A DNA stretch of 62,651 nucleotides, taken from assembly GCA_012840855.1 (NCBI GenBank), contig DUVX01000150.1, positions 1-62,651 on the forward strand. Reading direction: 5' to 3'. Below, piece after piece: positions 18,714 through 25,742 of the stretch. The DNA comes from Bacillota bacterium (lineage in GTDB: Bacteria; Bacillota; Dethiobacteria; DTU022). Made by a program: the position numbers and the translations under genes. Below the pieces are notes generated by a model, which saw only the letters and a list, made by a program, of their open reading frames with translations, was not told where the DNA came from and did no database searches. Position 1 is the first letter of the stretch, and each line of letters opens with the position of its first letter.

Positions 18714-19355
18714 ATGCTCTTCAGGGATCGCCGGGAGGCCGGCGAACTTCTTGCCGAGAGGCTCGATCAATACACAGGGCGCTCCCCGCTCATACTGGCG
18801 GTGCCGCGGGGGGGCATAGCGGTAGCCCTGCCGATCTGGCAGCGCCTGGGCGGTGAGCTCGATCTGATCGCAGCTCGCAAGATCGGTGCCCCTGATCAGC
18901 CGGAGCTGGCGATCGGGGCCGTTACCGGAGACGGCTCCCTGCTGGTCAATGAGGCCCTGGCAGCCCGGCTGCAGCTGCCGGAGGGATATCTGGAAAGTGC
19001 CGCAGCGAAAGAGCAGGCCGAGATCGGCCGCCGGCTCCGACTTTACCGGGGCGAGCGGCGAGCACCGGAGATAGGTGGGCGGATCGTAATTGTTGTCGAC
19101 GATGGGGTGGCCACCGGTTTCACCCTGCATGCCGCCCTGAAGGGAGTTGGGCGGAGCCGGCCGCAGAGGCTGATCCTGGCGGTTCCTGTCGGACCGCCTG
19201 GAGCCCTCGACCACCTGCGCAGGGAAGTTGACGAGCTCTGTCACCTACAGGCGCCGCCGGATTTCGCCGCTGTGGGACAATTTTATCGCGATTTCAGGCA
19301 GGTGCGCGACAGCGCGGTGATCGCCGCCCTGCGGGAGGCCTGGGACTGCTCCTGA
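18714..19355 (+). CDS. phosphoribosyltransferase-family protein (COG1926-like)
   Basis: MLFRDRREAGELLAERL... and PRPP loop VIVVDDGVATGFT. The track start at 18510 runs through cooC; ATG 18714 follows its stop. Confidence 0.8.
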   Translation: MLFRDRREAGELLAERLDQYTGRSPLILAVPRGGIAVALPIWQRLGGELDLIAARKIGAPDQPELAIGAVTGDGSLLVNEALAARLQLPEGYLESAAAKEQAEIGRRLRLYRGERRAPEIGGRIVIVVDDGVATGFTLHAALKGVGRSRPQRLILAVPVGPPGALDHLRREVDELCHLQAPPDFAAVGQFYRDFRQVRDSAVIAALREAWDCS

Positions 19356-19397
19356 GAGGCCACCGAAGCGCTATTTACAAAAGATCGGGGTGTTCGG

Positions 19398-19426
19398 TTG
19401 ATCTTTATCTAAAAACGGTGTAATTT
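19398..19426 (+). promoter_or_regulatory. candidate sigma-A promoter of the metK leader
   Basis: TTGATC, a 17-nt spacer, then (TG)TAATTT, about 30 nt upstream of riboswitch P1. Confidence 0.4.
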
Positions 19427-19454
19427 ATCTATACCGGCATAAAAAAAAGCCGGG

Positions 19455-19564
19455 CTCTTATCTGGAGTGGAGGAGGGACGGCCCCGATGAATCCCGGCAA
19501 CCGGATTCCCTGTTGAATTGCGGTGCCAATTGCCGCGGAAGAAGGCTCTTCCGGAAGATGAGAG
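19455..19564 (+). promoter_or_regulatory. SAM-I (S-box) riboswitch
   Basis: CTCTTATC..GGAGGGAC.GGCCCCGATGAATCCCGGCAACC...GGTGCCAATTGCC...GATGAGAG. The conserved S-box core is present and a P1 helix closes it. It lies upstream of metK. Confidence 0.9.
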
Positions 19565-19571
19565 GTGGCAC

Positions 19572-19600
19572 AGACCTCTTCATCGAAGAGGTCTTTATTA
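19572..19600 (+). terminator. riboswitch expression-platform terminator
   Basis: AGACCTCTTC-atc-GAAGAGGTCT followed by TTATTAT. Its 5' arm can alternatively pair with the P1 3' strand. Confidence 0.7.
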
Positions 19601-19621
19601 TACTTAAGGAGGAAGATTGAA

Positions 19622-20812
19622 TTGAACTCACAGAACTATCTATTTACTTCAGAATCGGTCACAGAGGGTCATCCGGACAAACTTGCCGACCAGGTCTCCG
19701 ATACGATACTCGATGCGATCATCGCGCTGGATCCATCAGCCCGCGTCGCCGTAGAGACCATGGTGACCACCGGCCTCGTCTTTGTCTGCGGCGAGATTAC
19801 CACAAAATGCTATATCGATATTCCCAGGATCGTCCGGGAAAAAATCAAAGAGATCGGTTACACCAGGGCCAAGTACGGTTTTGATGGCGATACTTGCGCC
19901 GTGGTCACCTCTATCGATGAACAATCCCCTGATATCGCTCTGGGGGTGGATCGGGCCCTGGAGGCCAAAAAAGAGCGCTCCAGTGACCGCTATAATCTGA
20001 TCGGAGCCGGCGATCAGGGTATGGTTGTGGGCTACGCCTGCGATGAGACACCGGAGCTGATGCCGCTGCCGATCTCTTTGGCCCACAGGCTGGCCCGGCG
20101 CCTCGCCGCCGTGCGCAAGGAGGGGCTCATCCCCTACCTGCGCCCCGACGGCAAATCTCAGGTAACTATGGCTTACCGCAACGGCAGGCCCGCCCACCTG
20201 CAGACGGTGGTGGTCTCCGCCCAGCACAGCGAGAAGGTATCGAGGGAGCAGATCGAGAAGGATATCAGTGAGCTGGTGATCAAAGCCACCGTTCCCCCGG
20301 AGTTGCTCACCGCGGAGACCCGTTTACTGGTCAACCCCACCGGGCGTTTCGTCGTGGGCGGTCCCCTGGGCGATGCCGGGCTCACGGGGCGGAAAATCAT
20401 TGTAGATACGTACGGCGGCAGCGCCTTGCACGGCGGCGGCGCCTTTTCGGGAAAGGATCCCACCAAAGTAGATCGCTCGGCAGCCTACGCCGCCCGCCAC
20501 GTGGCCAAAAACATTGTCGCCGCCGGGTTGGCCCGCAGATGCCAGCTACAGATAGCCTACGTTATCGGGGTGGCCAGACCCGTATCCATTGCAGTGGAGA
20601 CATTCGGCACCTCTACCCTGGCGCCGGAGCGGATTGAACGACTCATCGGGGAATGTTTCGACCTTCGCCCGGCGGCCATTATTGATGAGCTCGATCTGCG
20701 CCGCCCTATCTACCAGCAGCTGGCCGCCTACGGCCATTTCGGCCGTCCGGAGCTCGATCTCCCCTGGGAAAGGTTGGACAAAGTGCCCCAGTTAAAAGAA
20801 AAAGCCGGGTAA
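19622..20812 (+). CDS. metK: S-adenosylmethionine synthetase
   Basis: ...[19 protein letters not shown]..., GAGDQGM. TTG 19622 lies 9 nt after AGGAGG. The track start at 19565 lies inside the riboswitch. Confidence 0.95.
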   Translation: MNSQNYLFTSESVTEGHPDKLADQVSDTILDAIIALDPSARVAVETMVTTGLVFVCGEITTKCYIDIPRIVREKIKEIGYTRAKYGFDGDTCAVVTSIDEQSPDIALGVDRALEAKKERSSDRYNLIGAGDQGMVVGYACDETPELMPLPISLAHRLARRLAAVRKEGLIPYLRPDGKSQVTMAYRNGRPAHLQTVVVSAQHSEKVSREQIEKDISELVIKATVPPELLTAETRLLVNPTGRFVVGGPLGDAGLTGRKIIVDTYGGSALHGGGAFSGKDPTKVDRSAAYAARHVAKNIVAAGLARRCQLQIAYVIGVARPVSIAVETFGTSTLAPERIERLIGECFDLRPAAIIDELDLRRPIYQQLAAYGHFGRPELDLPWERLDKVPQLKEKAG

Positions 20813-20858
20813 ACCGTTTCGATTTTACCGGTTTGAGCCGGCGGATGATGGAGGGATT

Positions 20859-23093
20859 TTGCTGGAGGGCTTGGAAAGTCTTGAAGGGACTCTGGAAAGG
20901 ATTAGATTTTACAACGAAGAGAACGGCTATCTCGTGGGAAGGCTGCGCTGTGTCGGCGGTGATGCCATCACCATCGTCGGCAACTTCCCGCCCATGCAGG
21001 AGGGTGAAAGCCTGCGGATCATCGGCAGATGGCAGGTGCACCACCGTTACGGGCGGCAGGTGGCGGTGGAGCGCTGGCAGCGGGTCCTGCCGGTAACTGT
21101 AAAGGGCCTGAAGCGCTATCTTGCTTCTGGGCTGATCAAGGGGATCGGTCCGGTTACCGCCGGAGCAATCGTGGATCAGTTCGGGCTGGAGGCGCTGCAG
21201 GTGATGGAGGAAGAGCCGGAGCGTCTGCAGGAGGTGCCCGGCATCGGTCCGAAGAGAGGGGCCATGATCCAGGAGAACTTCGGTAAATATCGGGAGATGC
21301 AGGAGGTCCTGGTATTTTTACAGGGTCATGGCATCGGCATCGGCCAGGCGCTGCGCCTTTACCGCCATTATGGACTGCAGGCCGCCGATCGGGTTAGAGA
21401 TAACCCCTATATGCTCGCTGAGGAGGTGGCGGGTATCGGGTTCAAGACTGCGGACCGCATTGCCCGGCAGATGGGCCTTGCCGCCGATGCTCCGGCCCGG
21501 GTCCGCGCAGCGCTTCTTTTTGCCCTCCGCGATGCCGCCGGCAGGGGCGATGTCTGCCTGCCCCGGGAGATCCTTCTGGAGCGGGCGATGGAGCTGCTGG
21601 CGATTCCCGGAGAAATTGCCGCCGCCCCCCCGCTGAAAGATCATCTTCAGAAGCTGGCAGTCGATAAAAAGATCTACTGCGAAGAGAGGGCGGAGGACAG
21701 CATTGTCTATGCCGCGCCCTTCTATCACGCCGAGGTGGGGGTGGCGCAGGGGTTAAAGGCGCTGGCCGACGCCCCGCTGAGCTGGGACCGCCGGGAGAGC
21801 CGGGCTGCCCTGGAGGCTGCGGCGGGGAAAGGGAGCGGTTTAACGGAAGAGCAGCGCCGCGTTATGGAGCAGGCTCTGGAAGAGGGGCTGCTGATCGTCA
21901 CCGGCGGCCCGGGGACAGGCAAAACCACCACCATTAGGGCGCTACTTTCACTCTTTCATTCGCTGAACCAGCGGGTTTTGCTCGCCGCCCCCACGGGGCG
22001 TGCAGCGAAAAGGGTGCAGGAGGCCACCGGAGAAGACGCCTCCACGATCCACCGCCTCCTCGAGTACAGCTACAACGAGGGAGAGGGCTTCCGGTTCATG
22101 CGCCATGAAAAACGTCCTCTCGAGGCTGATGTGCTGATCATCGATGAGGCCTCCATGGTCGACCTGATCCTGATGTACCATCTGGTCAAAGCGATCCCTG
22201 CCGGCTGCCGCCTGATCATGGTGGGCGATGCCGATCAGTTGCCCGCCGTGGGAGCGGGCAATGTCCTGCGCGATCTTCTCGATTCCGGAGCGATCCCCGC
22301 CGTCCGGTTAAACCATATCTTCAGGCAGGCCCGCGAAAGCCTGATCACGGTCAATGCGCACCGGATCAATCATGGTGAGATGCCCCAGCTGAACGTCAAA
22401 AATAAAGACTTTTTCTTTGTCAGCGAGGCGGTCCCCGACCTGGTGGCCCAGAAAGTGGTGCAGCTGTGCCGCGAAAGGATCCCCAATTTCGGCCCTTTTG
22501 ATCCGGTTATGGATGTGCAGGTGATCACGCCGATGCGGCGGACTGCAGCCGGGGTGGAGAAGTTGAACAAGATGCTGCAAAAAGCGCTAAATCCTGCCGA
22601 TAGGCGCAAAAACGAAGTGACCATCCACGGGATCACTTTCCGCAGTGGTGACAAGGTGATGCAGATCCGGAACAATTATCAGAAAGAGGTCTACAATGGC
22701 GATATCGGTCGGATCACCAAGCTCAACCTGGAGGAAGGGGAGCTGATCGTCGCTTATCGCGATGCCGGCATCAGCCGTCCCGTGGTCTACAATTTCAGCG
22801 AGCTTGACGAGCTCACCCTCTCTTACGCCACCTCGGTGCATAAGAGCCAGGGCAGCGAATATCCCGTTATCGTAATGCCGGTGATCACTCAGCACTACCT
22901 GCTGTTGCAGCGCAATCTTCTCTACACCGGAATCACCCGGGCCCGCAAACTTGTGGTTCTGGTGGGGACGAAGAAGGCGCTCGCCATCGCCATACGCAAC
23001 AACCGGGCCGAGGAGCGCTACAGTTTTCTTGACCGCCGCTTAAACCGGGAGGATGGAGAGATTGGCAGAGAGGTGGAGAGCAGGGAAAGCTAG
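20859..23093 (+). CDS. recD2: RecD2-type SF1B ATP-dependent DNA helicase (YrrC-like)
   Basis: N-terminal ...LERIRFYNEENGYLVGRL..., HhH region, Walker A GGPGTGKTT, ...SVHKSQGSEYPVIV. Confidence 0.9.
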   Translation: MLEGLESLEGTLERIRFYNEENGYLVGRLRCVGGDAITIVGNFPPMQEGESLRIIGRWQVHHRYGRQVAVERWQRVLPVTVKGLKRYLASGLIKGIGPVTAGAIVDQFGLEALQVMEEEPERLQEVPGIGPKRGAMIQENFGKYREMQEVLVFLQGHGIGIGQALRLYRHYGLQAADRVRDNPYMLAEEVAGIGFKTADRIARQMGLAADAPARVRAALLFALRDAAGRGDVCLPREILLERAMELLAIPGEIAAAPPLKDHLQKLAVDKKIYCEERAEDSIVYAAPFYHAEVGVAQGLKALADAPLSWDRRESRAALEAAAGKGSGLTEEQRRVMEQALEEGLLIVTGGPGTGKTTTIRALLSLFHSLNQRVLLAAPTGRAAKRVQEATGEDASTIHRLLEYSYNEGEGFRFMRHEKRPLEADVLIIDEASMVDLILMYHLVKAIPAGCRLIMVGDADQLPAVGAGNVLRDLLDSGAIPAVRLNHIFRQARESLITVNAHRINHGEMPQLNVKNKDFFFVSEAVPDLVAQKVVQLCRERIPNFGPFDPVMDVQVITPMRRTAAGVEKLNKMLQKALNPADRRKNEVTIHGITFRSGDKVMQIRNNYQKEVYNGDIGRITKLNLEEGELIVAYRDAGISRPVVYNFSELDELTLSYATSVHKSQGSEYPVIVMPVITQHYLLLQRNLLYTGITRARKLVVLVGTKKALAIAIRNNRAEERYSFLDRRLNREDGEIGREVESRES

Positions 23094-23802
23094 GGGGGGC
23101 GAACGGCGCGGCGGGGAATACCTCTGGAGGCTTATTTTCCCGCCCCGGTGCCTCACCTGCGCAGTGCTGCTGCCAGCGGGGGCGGAAGCGCCCCTGTGCC
23201 GCTCCTGCTTAAGCTCGTTTATCCCGGCGGGCCCGCTCTGCCCGCGTTGCGGGGAGCTGCTTCCCCCCGCCGCCCCCTGCTCCTGCATACCGGAAAGCGC
23301 CCCCCTGCGGGGGCTTTTTGCTCTCTCCTGGTACGAGGGGGCCTGGCGGCAGATGCTGCACCGATTTAAATTCAGGGGAAAGCGGTCTCTGGCCCGGCCT
23401 CTGGGGAGCTGGCTGGGCCGGTTGATCCGGGAGGAGACCTGCTGGGAGCCCGCTTTCGTTATCCCCGTGCCGCTGCACCGCAGAAGGCTGCGGGAGCGCG
23501 GCTACGACCAGGCTCAACTGCTGGCCCGTTTTGCCGCTACGGCGCTGGGTGTTCCCCTGCGCCCCCTGCTTGCCCGGATCAGGCCCACAGCGGCACAGAG
23601 CTCTCTTTCCCACCACCAGCGTCAGGAGAATGTGCGCGGCGTATTCGCCTGCCGGAGAGCGGCGCTGCCGGGGAAAAGAGCGCTGCTGGTGGATGATATC
23701 TACTCCACGGGGGCGACGATGCAGGAGGCGGCGGCGGTGCTACAGAAGCAGGGCCTTGTTGTCTTTGGCGCTGTCGCCGCCTTTACACAGCGCCCCTCCT
23801 GA
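23053..23802 (+). CDS. comFC: ComF-family protein (ComFC-like PRTase fold)
   Basis: N-terminal Cys pairs (CLTC...CRSC, CPRCG) and LLVDDIYSTGATM. The start is uncertain (ATG 23053 or TTG 23062). It overlaps the end of recD2. Confidence 0.8.
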   Translation: MERLAERWRAGKARGGERRGGEYLWRLIFPPRCLTCAVLLPAGAEAPLCRSCLSSFIPAGPLCPRCGELLPPAAPCSCIPESAPLRGLFALSWYEGAWRQMLHRFKFRGKRSLARPLGSWLGRLIREETCWEPAFVIPVPLHRRRLRERGYDQAQLLARFAATALGVPLRPLLARIRPTAAQSSLSHHQRQENVRGVFACRRAALPGKRALLVDDIYSTGATMQEAAAVLQKQGLVVFGAVAAFTQRPS

Positions 23803-23890
23803 ATGCGCACTTCGCGCCGCTGTGCTGAAGGGATTTTCCCCGCCTTGGGGAATAGTAATGGATAAGAGAAGGCAGAAAGGGAGGATCAGG

Positions 23891-24436
23891 ATGGAGATCA
23901 CTGTTCGTGGAAAAAATATTGAAGTAACGGATGCCCTGGTTGATTACGCCAACAAAAAGGTCAATAAATTAACCAAGTACCTCGATCGGCCCAAAGAGGC
24001 CCAGGTAGTGATGAGTGTGATCCGCAATGAACATATCGTCGAGGTTACCGTCATTTTAAACGGTCTTATCTTGCGCGGCGAGGAATCGACGGGGGACATG
24101 TATGCTTCTATAGATATGGTGGTCGATAAGCTGGAGAAGCAGCTGGTCAAGTATAAGACCCGGCTGAGCAGATCGCTGCGACAGCAGGGACTCCGCGCGC
24201 TGGGTGAAAAACTGGCCGCCCCGGAGGCGCGGGAAAAAGAGACCGAAGAGGACCGCGTAGTCAAAACGAAGCGCTTCCCCCTCAAGCCGATGCACCTGGA
24301 AGAGGCGATCATGCAGATGAATCTGCTGGGGCATGACTTTTTTGTTTTTGCCAACGCCGAAACCGAGATTGTGAATGTTCTTTATCGACGCAAAGATGGC
24401 GATTACGGCCTCATCGAACCGGAGTACGGCTCCTAG
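23891..24436 (+). CDS. hpf: ribosome hibernation promoting factor, long form
   Basis: MEITVRGKNIEVTDALVDYANKKV... and the C-terminal dimerisation domain ...FVFANAETEIVNVLYRRKDGDYGLIEP. AAAGGGAGG SD. The track start at 23531 is a spurious extension. Confidence 0.9.
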   Translation: MEITVRGKNIEVTDALVDYANKKVNKLTKYLDRPKEAQVVMSVIRNEHIVEVTVILNGLILRGEESTGDMYASIDMVVDKLEKQLVKYKTRLSRSLRQQGLRALGEKLAAPEAREKETEEDRVVKTKRFPLKPMHLEEAIMQMNLLGHDFFVFANAETEIVNVLYRRKDGDYGLIEPEYGS

Positions 24437-24469
24437 CCGCGGCCGCTATCCGGGGAAGAGGTTTGGGCT

Positions 24470-25594
24470 ATGGATGAAGCTGTCAGTGTCGTAATTTTTG
24501 AAGGGACCGCCTCCGCCAGCCCCGTCGAAGAGATGATCGTGGGGGTGCGGCGGGCGCTGCTCCATGACAACCTGGAAAAACTGAGCCGTGCAGACCGGAT
24601 CGGCCGGATATTGTTGGTATCAAACAACCCCGCCCTGGCCGGGATGGCCCGCACCGCCGGGGCGGAGTTCCTGTTAAACCGGCAGCACCCGCGCTCCTTT
24701 CATTTCGGGCGCGAGCTAAAAAAGCTGGTTCTGGGTCAGGGCTTGAAAAAAGTATTTTACCTCAGCGGAGCGGGATGCCCCCTGATCACCCCCGCTGAGC
24801 TCGACGGGATCTGCAGCAAGCTGTCGAAAAGTTCCAGCCTGCTCTACGCCAACAATGTGCAATCGGCCGATATCGTTGCCTTTACGGTGCCCGATAATTT
24901 TGCGAGCCTGGAGCTGCCGGAGAGGGATAACAGCCTGGCGATGACACTGCGCGATCAGGGCGGCCTGGAGCTGGAGCTGATGCCGCAAACGCTTGGGCTG
25001 CTTTTTGATCTCGATACACCGGCGGATATCCTGGTGCTGGGGGCCGGCCCCTTTGCCGGTCCGCGGGCGCGGGCTCACCTGGACACCTTAGAGCTCGACT
25101 ACGGGCCTCTGGAAAGAGCGAAGGCGGTGCTCGGCGACAGCTACCAGGATGTGGCCCTTATCGGCCGGGTGGGGGCGCCGATCATCGAGCGCCTCAACGC
25201 GCTGCTGAAACTGCGCTTGCGGGTTTTTTCTGAAGAGCGGGGGATGAAAGCGCTGGGACGCCTGGAGAGCGGCGCCGTTGTCTCTCTTCTCGGCTTGCTC
25301 ATCGAGCGGGCCGGGCTGACCTACTTCTTTGAGCACCTCGCCGGGGTCGCCCGCTGTGCTTTTATCGACAGCCGCGTTCTCTTCGCTCACTTCAAATTTG
25401 ACTTTACAGATCGAGAGCGTTTCCTTTCTGATCTCGGTCTTTGGGAGCAGATCGAGCATCCCTGGTTGAAAGAGTTCACTCGCCTGGCCGCCGGGTGCGC
25501 TATCCCCGTGCTCCTGGGGGGGCACTCCCTTGTTTCCGGCAGCCTTTGGGCGCTCACCTGCGAGCTTGCCCCGGAGCTTCAGGCCGCCCCCTGA
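24470..25594 (+). CDS. uncharacterised 374-aa protein (N-terminal half reminiscent of MobA/CofC-like nucleotidyltransferase fold)
   Basis: Clean ORF in the host coding style, 33 nt after hpf. Has ...FYLSGAGCPLITPAELDGI... I recognise no diagnostic family motif. Confidence 0.6.
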   Translation: MDEAVSVVIFEGTASASPVEEMIVGVRRALLHDNLEKLSRADRIGRILLVSNNPALAGMARTAGAEFLLNRQHPRSFHFGRELKKLVLGQGLKKVFYLSGAGCPLITPAELDGICSKLSKSSSLLYANNVQSADIVAFTVPDNFASLELPERDNSLAMTLRDQGGLELELMPQTLGLLFDLDTPADILVLGAGPFAGPRARAHLDTLELDYGPLERAKAVLGDSYQDVALIGRVGAPIIERLNALLKLRLRVFSEERGMKALGRLESGAVVSLLGLLIERAGLTYFFEHLAGVARCAFIDSRVLFAHFKFDFTDRERFLSDLGLWEQIEHPWLKEFTRLAAGCAIPVLLGGHSLVSGSLWALTCELAPELQAAP

Positions 25595-25683
25595 TCGCGT
25601 CCTGCACGGGGCGGCGTCGCCCGGACAGAGGGTCAGGTCTCTTGTTACAGCAGCGGCCGGTGTGGTAAAATAAGAATGCAGCC

Positions 25684-25708
25684 AAGGAACCCGGGGGTTC
25701 CTTTCTCA
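25684..25708 (+). terminator. intrinsic terminator after the unknown gene
   Basis: AAGGAACC-cggg-GGTTCCTT followed by TCTCATT. Confidence 0.5.
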
Positions 25709-25742
25709 TTAGTGTAACCTGAGAAAGCGTGGTGTGGTGCAG

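Noticed and set aside
20833-21096. 87-aa ORF starting at ATG-ATG just upstream of recD2, in another frame
   Set aside because: It overlaps the conserved RecD2 N-terminus out of frame. The RecD2 frame (TTG 20859) gives the family-typical N-terminal sequence.
23531-23890. Long N-terminal extensions in the ORF track (hpf from 23531; PRTase from 18510; uvrB from 37567; rnr from 54812; metK from 19565; spoIIID from 7401)
   Set aside because: The extensions overlap upstream genes or leaders and lack SDs. Internal starts with good SDs reproduce the family-typical N-termini.
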